Part shown: positions 37,118-49,421 of the stretch, one piece after another | How the letters are laid out: each line of letters starts with the position of its first letter | Numbering within the stretch: the stretch's first letter is position 1 | Source: Phoronis australis | Lineage: Eukaryota > Animalia > Phoronida | Length of the DNA stretch: 58,001 nt | Assembly: GCA_002633005.1 (NCBI GenBank) | Contig: NMRA01000165.1 | Coordinates: forward strand, 596,489-654,489 | Direction: 5' to 3' | Notes under the pieces: generated by a model | Told to the model about the DNA's origin: nothing | Seen by the model: the letters and a program-made list of their open reading frames with translations, nothing else | The model's database searches: none | Made by a program: the position numbers and the translations under genes

Positions 37118-37883
37118 ATGCCCATCATGAATTGGCAGTATGAGCCACTTTGCGATTCATTTCGTGCCTTCCGAGCACGAATGGACCTGTTTTTAGTACA
37201 CAACGATGTCACCGACACTATTAAGAAAGCAACCAAGATAAAAATAGCGCTTGGAGATGAGGGCATGCGCCGGATTCTCAACTCGGGAATGAGCACCACC
37301 GACCAGAACAAACCTGAGAAACTGTACAACCTGATTGAACAACAAGTAGATGCAACAACCAAAGTAAACTTTCGCGTACATCGTTTGGAACTGTCAACCA
37401 TGCGACAGAGGCCTGACGAAACAATCACTGACTACAAAGGCAAACAAATGCGAACTGCCTGACGGTGAACTGGCTGAACGGCTAATTGAGATGATAATAC
37501 TTTCGACACCTTTCGAGGATTTCCGAAAAGACTTACTAACAAAAGAAAAAGGCCATCCTATCGCATCAATACTCGAGAGAGGGCACGAGTATGAAGCTAT
37601 AAAAGCTTCTGAACAGTCCATAACAGAGATGACACGGGGAGCGAAGTCAGTGGACGCAATTACACCGGCACGCAACTTAGACTGCAGCAACTGCGGGACA
37701 AAACACCCACTCAAAAGATGCCCTGCATTCCATGATGAGTGTTCTCACTGCCACAACAAGGGTCATTGGGAGAAATGCTGCAAAATTAAACGTCGACAAA
37801 CCCAGGGCACCCATGACAAACACAAGCCCCAAAAACATGGGCAACGCCAAAAACGCCAGTGCCCACACCAAAAACAACACTAG
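37118..37883 (+). pseudogene. Gypsy gag (frameshifted)
   Basis: MRQRPDETITDY major-homology-like region and two Zn knuckles, CSNCGTKHPLKRC and CSHCHNKGHWEKC. Frameshift/deletion at ~37440-37460. Confidence 0.88.
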
Positions 37884-38029
37884 AGCACTGGACGATCACA
37901 CCAGAAGAAGACACACCACATTGAATAGAACTCCAGTGACGACGACAGCTATGCGTTTACATTCCACTCCATAACCTCATCAGACCCTGATGAATCCCCA
38001 GACGTACACGCAATTATCAAGCCCCATCC

Positions 38030-41000
38030 TCGCGAGGAAGTTTTCTGCACACTGGATATCAAATGTCCAGATATTCGTGGTAAACATCACCTATATGCCA
38101 AAGTTGACCCCGGCTCAGGTTGCAACACCCTACCTCTACGTACTGTGAAAACCATGTACCCTGACAATAGAGCTACACCCAACTAGCAGAACTCTCTCTG
38201 TATATAACAACACGTCGATACCCTGCCTAGGTTACATCGACTTACAGTGCCGCTTCAGCAGAGATTCTATGTTGTCGACGTGGAAAACTCGTCCACCCTT
38301 GGTCTACCTGCGTGTGAAGCCATGAAGCTTATAACTATCAACGTCGATGCGACATCGCCCAACCCATTCATCTCATCAACCCCACATGCACCGATCAACA
38401 CCATTGGTGACCTCATTCAGATGTTCCCTGACCAGTTTGACAAAATTGGAAACATACCAGGCCCAGTGCGCCTACATCTTAAGGATGACGCGATTCCTTC
38501 CATCGACCCACCGAGAAAGTGCAGCGTACATCTTAAACCCAAAATCAAGGACCAGCTTGACGACAAGGAGAAGCAAGGCATCATTCGCAAAGTTACTGAC
38601 CATACGGACTGGTGCAGCTCAATAGTTGTGACCACGAAGAAGGACTCCTCAATCCGAATATGTCTTGACCCCAGAAGACTTAACAATGCTCTGAAGCGGT
38701 GTCCTCACAAGATACCCACACTCGAGGAACTCAACCCTGAATTTGCCAATGCCAAATACTTCTCGAAGCTTGATGCCAAAAGTGGTTACTGGTCCGTGCA
38801 CCTTGATGAAACCTCGCAGCTTCTCACCACCTTCCGTACACCCTTTGGGCGATATTGCTACCTTCGACTACCTTTTGGCCTGTCTGTATCACAAGACCTG
38901 TTCCAACAGAAAATGGACAACATCACCTGCCAAGTCCCAGGCTGTGTCGAAATTGCAGACGACATTGTGATCTTTGGAGCGACCGAGGCAGAGCATGACG
39001 AGCGTCTACGCCACCTTCTACATGTTGCAGAGAAATTTGGATTGGTCTTCAACAGCACCAAGTGTGACATCAAGGTGGATCACATTAATTTCTTTGGATC
39101 ACTCTACACGAAAGACAGTATCAAGCCTGATCCTCAGAAAGTGGAAGACATTCGTGCTATGCCGACACCCTAGAACAAAGATCTCCACAGAGCCTTGGGT
39201 ATCTTCAACTACATGTCTGCCCACATACCATCATATGCAGACATATCTGCCATACTCCGTGAGCTGTTGAAGAAGACGGTCCCGTTCGACTGGCATGAAG
39301 ACCATGAACAGGCATTCGAAAATCTCAAGTCTTACATCTCACCTCAATCCTGTCTAGCATATTATGACAAGAACCTACCCTTAACCCTGGAAGTCGATGC
39401 ATCCCAGAAAGGGCTGGGAGCCTGCCTATCTCAGAGTGGCAAACCTGTGTCATTCGCATCTAAAGCACTGTCGCCAACGCAATCAAACGACTCTAACATA
39501 GAACGAGAAACCCTTGGTCTTGTTTTCGGCATAACAAGATTCCATACATATCTCTTTGGACGCAGTTTTGAAGTCGTCACAGACCACCGCCCTCTAGTGA
39601 TGATTTGGAACAAGCCACTTACTAGTGCTCCGCCGAGACTCCAGCGACTGCTTGTCAAGATCCAAGACGATTTCAACATTATCTACCAGCCAGGTAGTAA
39701 GATGATCCTGTCAGATGCGCTTAGTCACCTACCTAACCCGACTAAGACTGAAGATGTCCCTCTTAACATCTCGGTAGATGGTATCAGCATTGACCTCATC
39801 AACTTCGGCACACGCAAGCGTAATGCCTTACGAGACGAAGTCGCCAAAGATCCTACTCTCCAGGCTCTCTACCAAACCATCATCACCGGATGGCCAGACA
39901 CAATAGCAGAGCTGCCTACCGATCTCTGATCATATTGGAGCTTTCGCGACGAGTTGGGTGTGTCCGATGGTATAATCTTAAAAGGTCGCCAAGTGCTGAT
40001 CCCAAAACCACTGCGAGAAGATATACTAAAGCAGCTCCACACAGGACATCAAGGCATAGATTGCACTCGACGACTGGCTAGAGAGAGTGTGTACTGGCCG
40101 CATATCAACGACGATATCGAGAAGATGGTTAAATCATGCAGAACATGCGACGAGTTTCGGGACCAAAACCGACCAGAACCCTTGCACCCACACGACGTAC
40201 CGTCCACGCCATGGACGAAATTAGCATCCGATATTTTTGAACACCAAAGCACCAGCTATCTTGTGATTGCAGACTACCATTCGAAATATCCAATAGTGCA
40301 CAGGTTGGAGAAATTATCGTGTGACTATGTCACAGAGGTGACCAAACGCACCATCTGTTTGTTCGGCACATCGAGAGAGATTGTGACTGACAATGGGCCA
40401 CAGTACATTGGCAGAGCGTACACAACGATGTGTCGAGAACTTGGGATCCACCACATAACGTCATCCCCAAGGTACCCGCGATCCAACGGCTTCGCGGAAC
40501 GTATGGTGAAAACAGTAAACAGCATACTGAAGAAGTCCATCAAATCAGGCCAAGACTTCTCAATGGCATTAATGCTTTTTCGCACCACTCCAATCGACGC
40601 ACATCTTCCATCACCTGCAGAAATGTTATTCGGCAGACCTGTTCGCTCATTGCTTCCTAGCTACCACTCACCGGATGTCCGTTCTCCAGACTACTCAACT
40701 CATTACCATCGCCTGCTGACCAAACGTCAAAACATGGCTGAATACCATGATCAGAAGTACTCTGCTAAACAGTTACCACCCCTGCACGTCGGACAACCTG
40801 TAACTGTTCGTGACGTACAGACCGGAACATGGAAGCCCGCTGAGATAACACGTGTTCGCCCAGAACATAGGTCCTACGAAGTGTCAACTGATGGTCGACC
40901 GCCTGTGCGCCGCAACCGAAGTCACATTCGTGAAGTTGTCTCTGACGAGACCACCAGCTCTGCAGAACCCGCCAGCAACCGCACGTCTAGCGATGCACCA

Positions 41001-41063
41001 TATGTGACCAGATCAAGACGAGTCAGTGTACCCCCATCCCGTCTAGTGGACTACTCTGGATGA
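38030..41063 (+). pseudogene. Gypsy pol (protease-RT-RNase H-integrase), disrupted
   Basis: Protease AKVDPGSG (D-T/S-G altered). RT LDAKSGYW, RLPFG and IADD. RNase H VDASQKGLGA and VTDHRPL. Integrase H..H...C..C, TDNGPQY and SNGFAER. Stops at 39171-39173 and 39927-39929, plus frameshifts. Confidence 0.95.
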
Positions 41064-41148
41064 ACATTACGAGCACTAATTTGATATATCTATGTAGTTA
41101 AGAGACTGTAGTTTAGGTCACGTGAACTTTTTTATATACCTTTGCATT

Positions 41149-41161
41149 AGAAGGAGGGAGA
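41149..41161 (+). promoter_or_regulatory. Polypurine tract of Gypsy element 1
   Basis: agaaggagggaga immediately before the 3' LTR. Confidence 0.85.
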
Positions 41162-41305
41162 TGTTGTATTATCTATGTTCACCACTAGGTGACGCTCCCG
41201 GCATTCCCGTCTCTTATCGCCGGAAGTCGAATAAACGATCACTGTTCTCATCCTCACCTTGTGTTACTTGATTTATAGTCAAACTACCCACGAAATAACT
41301 CAACA
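41162..41305 (+). repeat. 3' LTR of Gypsy element 1
   Basis: Direct repeat of 36820-36963. Confidence 0.96.
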
Positions 41306-41789
41306 CCAACACTTTCTTAATTCTGACCGATCCCGTCAAACCCGTCCAAAATAACATTCTGGCCGTCCAACAGAAAGCCGCTGCGTAAACCGTTGCTTGG
41401 GAGTCCGATTATTTTACGCTTTGAAACATACAGTTGTATATATTGGCAAATAAAATCTTTTAATGTGTATTACATGTGACTTCCGTGTGTAACGCGCAGT
41501 CGTATATAGCTCTTCTAAATTACGAAATCAGAACCTAGTGTCTCGTGGTCTAGAGGTTTAGAGCGAAAACACCACATTTTACGGCCAAGGTACGATACCC
41601 GACTGTGCTGCCGAGAGAAGGGAATTTTGCTCCAGGAACTGGTGAAGCTGCTTTTGAACACACCTTTCAGTACCACAGAAACATAGAATTAAAAACAAAT
41701 TTACCAACATAAAAGATTAGCACAGCATTAGAATGCCAGAAACAAATTTCTACTTGGAACTTTTCCTTCATAGTCACGAAGTAACACAA

Positions 41790-44700
41790 AGTATACACCT
41801 GAAGACCTATGAAAATACAGAGGTCAATGTAAAATACTTAAATTGCCACTAGAGGCATACCGGTAGTCAGAATCATCCTTAAGTCGTCATCGTCCGTTGT
41901 CAAGATCACATAAGTACACTTGCTAAATTTAGTAAAGATCCTGCAAACGGTTTGGGAGATACAGCCATGGGTGCAAAAAAACTGCCACTAGTAGGCGCCA
42001 CAGTAATCAAAGTCATGGGAAATTCAGCGTCAATCGTCCTCTTCATAGTAAGAACATACATGCCAATTTTCACAATCATACTTAGAGCGGTTTGGTTGAT
42101 AGAGGGGTGGACACCAAAAAACAGACTCAAAAACAGTAAAAAAAAGCCACTGGGTGATGACGGCATAATGCGTCCACATATAAATATGTGGGCGTATAAA
42201 AACTAAAATTGCCACCAGGGGGGCACCAGTAGTCTGAACCCAGCAAAACTTGATGCCGTCCATGGTCAACATCACATAAAATAATAAACTTTCTAAATTT
42301 AATAAATATCCTGCAAAGGGTTTAGGAGATACAGCCATGGGCGCAAAAAAACTGCCACTAAGAGGCGCCACAGTGGTCAAAGTCGTCAGATAATCATCAA
42401 CAGCCATGACCTTTTCATAGTAAGAACATACATGCCAATTTTCAGAATCATCCTTAGCGCAGTTTGGTTAATAGAGGGGTGGTCGTCAAAACAGACTCGA
42501 AAACAGAAAAAAGGCTACTAGATGGCGCAAACTACGTCCCATCCATCCGAAAACAGGATGATAGTGTCATCCCACTAATAGATGGCTATATTCCAAATTT
42601 TGTGAAAATACGTTGAGGACCTCTGAAGATACAGAGGTAAGCGTGAAAAATTAAAATTGCCATTAGGGGGCACAGTCCAGTCGATGGAGAGATACAAAAT
42701 TTGTCGCCATCTATCGTTAGCTTGATAGGAACAGAACTGCCAAATCTCATCAAGATCCTGTGAGGGGTTTAGGAGATACAGCTGCGGACGCCGGATGCCC
42801 AGACAGAGATGACGGCAATATGCGACCACATAGAAATATGTCACTAGATGATGCATTGTACACCAAATCCATCCAAAATAGCAACACGTAATCGTTTAAT
42901 AGAAAGCTATTTACAAAATTTCATAAAAATCCATCAGGGAACTTCAGAGAAAAAAAGAAATTGGAAAAAACGAAACTGTCACTAGGGGTCACAACGTTCG
43001 TTCGATTCATCTGAAAGTTGTAGTCGTCTGTTGTCAATTTCATACTAATACAAATTTAATAAAGATCATGCAGTGGGCTGTGGACTTAAGATACACGTAT
43101 GTGCGCAAAAAAACAAAACTACCACTAAGAGGCGCCACAGTGGTCGAAGTCGTCGTAAAGTCATCGTCAACCGTCCTCTTCACAATAAGAGCATATGTGC
43201 CAATTTTCAAAACCCTCCTTAAAGCCTATCTTAAATGGTAACACATGTAAATTTGGTTCTAGCAGTATGTTAAGAGCATCGCTCTGAGCCCACTAGTGCC
43301 ATAAATTGCCAAACGTAATGAACTGTTAGACGTATTAGCTTGCTTTTGTCTACGTCACCCCGCGAGAATCACCTTTTAATTCAAACACCTGTGAATAACA
43401 CCCACATGCAATGGTGTACTATTCAGACCCCTATTCAATATACCGGTAACCTTTTGTTGTTTATGCTAGGATCTGGCGGTGACCCAACATGGCACAAAAA
43501 GGCAGCTTCACTTATCATTTGACGGGCTTACACTTGCATCATTGAACTCACGTTTTCTTATTTTACTAAGGCTTTGCTAGGACTATCTGGTTAGTCACAT
43601 ACATCTAAAGTAACAAAATTCCGTTGAAGTTAGGCTTTAAGTAGGTTTGGTTGATTGAGGAGTGGGTGCCAAAAATAGACTAGAAAACAATAAAAATGAC
43701 CAATAGATGGTGCAAAATACATCGAATCCATCTGAAAATGGGAACATGTCATCATTTCTTTAATAGAAAGTTATTTACTAAATTTCAGAATAAGAGCAAG
43801 GCCGTCATCTCATTAATAGATGCCTATGTGCCAAATTTCATGAAAATCGGTTGAGGACCTTTGAAGATACAGAGGCAAACGTAAAAAACTAAAATTGCTA
43901 CTAGGGGGCACAGTCGGTCCGAAACTCTTCGCCCTCTGTCACCAACCCCATAGAAACACATTTGCCAAATTTCAATAAGATCCTGCAAGAGGTTTAGGAC
44001 ATTCAGTCGCGGACGGCGGACGCTCAGACAGAGATGACAGCAATATGCGCCCACATATAAATATGTGGGCGCATAAAAATGGCATTTGATAAAGAAAAAA
44101 ATGGAAGACAATAGCAAATAATACTTAAAAGTATTGATAACAGCACAGTTTTTATGTGATATTTTTGTTTCCTAACTCAAACATGTATCACTAGGGCAAC
44201 TTCCCATGTCTAGCATAAACCAACTAAAGCCGATTCCCTTACACTAGCTGGTGCCACGAGTTCCAGCTCGCTATAAATTAAATTATCCCATATGATTAAC
44301 AGCAGAGGGAGTTGAAAACAACACTAGGCAATCACATACTGAGAACTACATAAAGTGGTTCTTGTGGAAGATACAAATTAAACATCTGCTTTCTAGGGTA
44401 ATGGCCAAAAAATAACTTTTCAACAGTTCACCCCCAGTTACGTACTAAATTTATTCAAACCAGACCACGAAAAGGTAAGGAAGACACTAAACATATCGCA
44501 CGGTTTCCCACATCTGAAAAACAAAAGCAACACATATCGTTGAAATGCGCCCACGAATGCACTGTAAACGATGTGCTTCAGTTCTAGGGGTGTTTGTTTG
44601 TATCATAAAAATGTCCACTAAATAATTCAAAAATATGTCGAATCCATCCAAACATGCCATGGTTTTTCAATTGAAAGCTATTGATTAAATTTCATAAAAA

Positions 44701-44950
44701 TCTGTAAAGGAACTTCAGAGAAACTGAGAAAAACGAAAAAATAAAATTGCCATTTGTCAGATCCGTCTGAAAGTCATTGTCGTCTGTTGTCAACTTCATA
44801 TGAATACAATTGCTAAATTTAATAACAAGGGCAACGCGGAGGGTTGAAATGCACTCACACAGCAAATGGTATGCTTTTAGGGTCGTTTATTTGTATTATC
44901 AATGGCTACTAGTTGACACAAAACATGCAACCCATCTGAAAACAGGAACT
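41790..44950 (-). mobile_element. Array of Helentron-associated (HINE/DINE-1-like) elements with ~140-160-bp internal tandem monomers
   Basis: 5' hairpin tatgcgcccacatat-aa-atatgtgggcgcata next to a T-run (44044-44079; also ~42168-42202) and a GTCC-like microsatellite (~44010-44030). 3' subTIR plus palindrome ends at ~44522-44554 and ~44824-44858. Repeated monomers contain aaattt..gaaaat/aaagatcc..gagatacag. Confidence 0.75.
43223..43636. mobile_element. Kolobok-like MITE inserted in a HINE monomer
   Basis: TTAA on both sides (43219-43222, 43637-43640). TIRs agcctatcttaaatgg / ccgttgaagttaggct. The interrupted monomer resumes in register. Confidence 0.75.
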
Positions 44951-47054
44951 TGCCACTAAGTGTTCTCCATGACTGCTTTTAATGTGTTGCAGCGTCCTCT
45001 TTTGCCGAACGAGCGACCTGTTTAAATGTCCCACGTCCTGTTTAAAAATCCGAGACCAGTTTGTAAAAAAGGCGTTAGTGATAATAAGGGCTTCATTGGC
45101 TCAAATTACGCCTGGCACAGCCCTTTGAAACTGACTGAAGGCTAAGTGGTCAGTTGTGGAAAGCCTAATCACGGATCTCACTCAACCGGCAGACCGGGCC
45201 GCTAGTCTATTTATGGTGTGGGCCTAACGCCGCTTGTAAATAATAGCTTAATAATCTTTTCAATTCACCTTGAAGAACTAGTCATAGTCAACTGAATTTA
45301 GAAAAAAGGCCAAGTGCCACCTATAAGCATAATCCACTATCTGCTCACATGGAGTTGCGGCGCTGCACAAACTTCACTGATCATTAGGCCTAATCGCTTT
45401 ATAGTCACCTTTTGTGTTCGGCATAAAACCATAGTAAATAATTAAGACTTGGTGGTTAGTTCTGGGTGGTTACTTTCTGCAAAGTTTTAACTAGTCAGCA
45501 AGGACACCGTTGCGCAGGAGTTTATACAGCAGCCGTCCATTGTTTTGGGTAGCTAGAATTTTAATTTTGTAGCACATTTTTCAAAATTCCATGGGGCCCC
45601 ACGACACTGGTCTGACTCACCTACACCCAGTCTCAACAAACCTTTGCATGGAAACGCTTTTGATGTCGCTTATTGATTGTTGTTTCTGCATTTCACACTT
45701 ACTAGATGAATATTATTGGTTACTTTGGGTGCCACTGACCCACCAAGATTGACTGAGCTCATCTCGTCTTAACAGGGAGTTTCGAGCTAAAACATTACAT
45801 CTGTGGCGCATACTCCCTCTGAAACTTTGCCAAGCGGTATGCAACTCAACTTTGGTAGCAGTCGCGCGCAACGTTTTGGTTATCGGGGAATTAATTCCGA
45901 GAAGTAGGACAGCTAGTGACATCACTGGGTAAAGCTCGCTATATACATATCTCGCTGTAAGAAAATGTATAGGCAAAATCACGTTCTCACGATGAAAGCA
46001 CATGGCAATATCTCGCATAATCTGGCGAAGTCTTGTTTACCTAGCGTGATCCTTACGGTATTGAATTCTACCATGGCTTCCGTTATCTATTGACATGTGC
46101 ATTCTACATACTTAGTAATGTCGTTTGCTGCTGAGGTGAAGAAAGACTGCTAAGAATTATTTTAAAAACCGAGAGATATCAGATCTGGATGGTGGTGATA
46201 CTACCAAGCTCAGTTAACGAATTGCAAATATCCATGTCATGAACGGTAGGCTGAATTTTTGATGACAGACAACATCCAACATAGGCATTCTTACAATTTG
46301 CTGCATCTTTAGAATAGATAGTTCTCAGCTGGAAGAATGAGTTTGTGATAATCATGAAAATTACGGGAAAAGGTTGCAAGCGTGTGCCATTAATCCAGTC
46401 GATATCTTTCTAGACATATTTGTGGTTTTCCCCAACAGGCCTAACACTCCCGTCCAATTAAATGGAAAACGCATGTGAATCGTTTTGTTTACTCCACTTA
46501 ATTTGTAGGCCTATTCATGATGCAGGACTCGCATATTTTGCAATTTTTTCAAGAATTCTGGTGCAGAGGTTTAAAGTTGTACCAACTTCAGAACATCGAA
46601 TTCAGACAGACAATGTGTGCCGAAGTATTAACTATTAGAGAGCTGTGCAAGACATTAGACCGACAGAAAACGTAGACTCGTTTATCAAGACATAAAAATG
46701 CGACTGGCTTTACCACGACACTTCACTCGGACTGTCTATTTCGTGGAAAAGTTTACCTCTATGTTGGACTTTGGACTTAGCTGACGTTGACATTATTGAC
46801 AGTATTGAGTAAAATATTTCCGCATACTGTTTCAAACACGTCTGCGTAGACTTGCACTTCAAAGTCGTTGATTAAACAAAGGGTTTTGTGAGATGTTTGT
46901 AAATTAAGTCCACTGCCACCAATTAAAAATAAAATAAAAAGTTGTACAAACACCATTATTTGATTGCACAGTTCTGGCATGTTTGTAGCAGTTTTTATGT
47001 GTGTGACCAGTTTATATTTTCAGATTTGAATTGATAACACCGTCACTGCATTTT

Positions 47055-47962
47055 TAATAGAAAGCTATTTACCAAATTTCATAAGAATCTGTTAAAGAAC
47101 TTCAGAGAAAGGAAAACAGAATAAAATGAAATTCCCACTAGGGGGCATAGCGTTTGTTGGATCCGACTGAAAGTTGTCATCATTTGTTGTTAACTTCATA
47201 TGAATCCAAGTTCTGTCGTACTAAATTTAATAAAAATCCTGCAGTGGGTTTAGGAGACACAGTTATGGGTGCAAAACAAACCAAAATTACCACTAGGAGG
47301 CACCACAGTCGTCATTATCAACCGTCCTCTTCACACTGAATACATATACGCCAACTTTCACAACCATCCTTAGAATGGTTTGGTTGGTAGAGGAGTGGAT
47401 GCCAAAAAAACTCGAAAACAGACAAAATGGCCACTAAGCGGTGCAAAATACCTCGATTCCATCCAAAAACAAATGGACAGCATCATCACACCAATAGATG
47501 CTTATATTCAAAATTTTATGAAAATCTGCTGAGGACCTTTGAAGATACGGAGGTAAACGTAAAAACTAAAGTTGTCATTAGGGGGCAAACCAGTAGTCAG
47601 ATCCGTTCGAAAGTTGTCACCGTCTGTTGTCAACTAAATATAAATACACTTGCTAAATTTAGTAAAGATCCTGTAAATGGTTTAGGAAACACAGCCATGG
47701 ACACAAAACAAAACGGCCACTAGGAGGCGCCACAATAACTGAAAACATCAGAAAATCATCATCAGCCGTCCTCTTCATAGTAAGACTATACCTGCCAATT
47801 TTCACAATCATCCCGAGAGGGATTTCGTTCAGAGGGGTGGACACCAAAAAGACTCGAAAACAGTAAAAATGGCCACTAGGAGGCACAAATTACGTCAAAT
47901 CCATCTGAAAACAGGAGGATAGTGTCATCTCACTAACAAATGAATATATGCTAAATTTTATA
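47055..47962 (-). repeat. Continuation of the HINE tandem monomer array (6 monomers)
   Basis: Core motifs at 47135, 47290, 47431, 47576, 47717 and 47873; same monomer family as 41790-44950. Confidence 0.85.
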
Positions 47963-48712
47963 AAATATGTCCTTATTACATGTACCAAATATCCACGACA
48001 ATATCCCTGATCATGGGCGGCGCAACATAGGGGGCTGAGGGAGGGGCTATAGCCCCCACTTTTTCAGTGCTCTGGGAACCATGGTCTATGGGTGGTGCAC
48101 CACAGGGGGGACAGGGGGCTATAGCCCCACTTTTTTCAGTGCTGCACCGCCCATGCTGATATCGCACTGCGGCACTGGTCGGTCCCGTTGTTAGCGCGTA
48201 AGCGGTCCCGGAAATCAATCGTGACTTAGAGATGTGCGTCTCGTTTTTTATCGCATAAGACTGCCAAACTGAAAATGATAACCCTATTAATTGCCTAACG
48301 ACGACCACGTCTTTACATTCAGTTGCTAAGAAATTCTCAAACCCTTTTACTTGATTCTAAGGCTACATGCGCGAAATATGATTTGACTTTCATATGCTGT
48401 TGCCAACGTAAACTGTAGGCCTACTCCAGCGATTCAAGTGTGTGAACTCACGCGTGCACACCACTTCAAAGCTGCACATCAAAAGAGAACAGCGACAGTC
48501 ATAAATGAAAGAGTGTACCGGCTTGGCTCTGTTAAGCACCCGGGTACGTGCCAGTGGTTTATTTGAAAATGAACTCCCCGCGGTTATAAAAGTCCCGATG
48601 CTGTACAATATTACCTGGGGCCGACATAACCCAGAACTGATATTTTCCTGTGACGGTGTTTCCCGAGGTCCATGTTGCCTAAACCTTATATTTTATGGCC
48701 GTAGCCGGCTAT
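47962..48712 (-). mobile_element. hAT-like element A, copy 2, distal fragment
   Basis: Reverse complement of ~53486-54078. Joins colinearly with 56526-57538 when the intervening DNA is removed. Confidence 0.85.
48012..48155. mobile_element. Dimeric CATGGGCGG MITE, 5-bp TSD
   Basis: Termini catgggcggcgca / tgcaccgcccatg. TSD ctgat (48007-48011, 48156-48160). The empty site is visible in the other element A copy at ~54025-54040. Confidence 0.88.
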
Positions 48713-49421
48713 AGCAACTAAATGGGCATTAGATGCGAAATTGTGGTTAGCGAACTTTTTATTATCCTCTTCATTAAAGCCCCCCCCCCCCNNNCCCCTC
48801 CCCCAGCCATTAACTTTTCATTCCCCGGACTCCAATAGAAACAATCTTCTTCCGGCTGAAGCGGGCAATTAAAAACAAAATTATTCCGGGTGGCTAAAAA
48901 GGGTACAGTGTAGGTGGTAATTAAAGCTATTCAGAAAGTCACTCCTGCTAGATGGAGTTTGCCTCGCAATATCGTATCATTATACCGTTTCCTACCATTG
49001 CAGTCTTTTAACAACTTATTAGCACAAAAACTCAGGTTAAAGGAGAATGTCACCCAAAAATAAACCTATTTTGTATCAATTTAGATCGAGTAGTTCTACT
49101 CGACAACGGCACGTTCGGCTGCGTTACCTGACACCTGGGGGCAGACGGAGGTGTTAAAATTAGACAATGACGTAATTGGTTTCACACGCAGTCTATTCAG
49201 CAGTTCACAACACAGGTTAGTGGTGTCAGCTTATCGCTTGAATTTATCGTTTAACACTAATAAATCATCAAACTTCGATGTAAAACCCTTAAAAATACAC
49301 CGAGTTCTCATTAAAATGAGTTGCTTTATTTCACTGTTACAGATTTTCTGGTATTTGGACACATCGTAGCCTACAAAGTTCGGCACACCAATTTACCAAG
49401 GTCCGTAGCACTGAGGAGTTT

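Larger units (their letters stand above)
36820..41305 (+). mobile_element. Full-length Ty3/Gypsy (Mag-like) LTR retrotransposon, inactivated
   Basis: Two 144-bp TG..CA LTRs, 5-bp TSD ccaac (36815-36819, 41306-41310), PBS, PPT, and gag-PR-RT-RH-IN order. Confidence 0.97.

Noticed and set aside
41790-47962. Regularly spaced repeats as a CRISPR array
   Set aside because: Eukaryotic context, spacers are homologous to each other, repeats are degenerate, and there are no cas genes.
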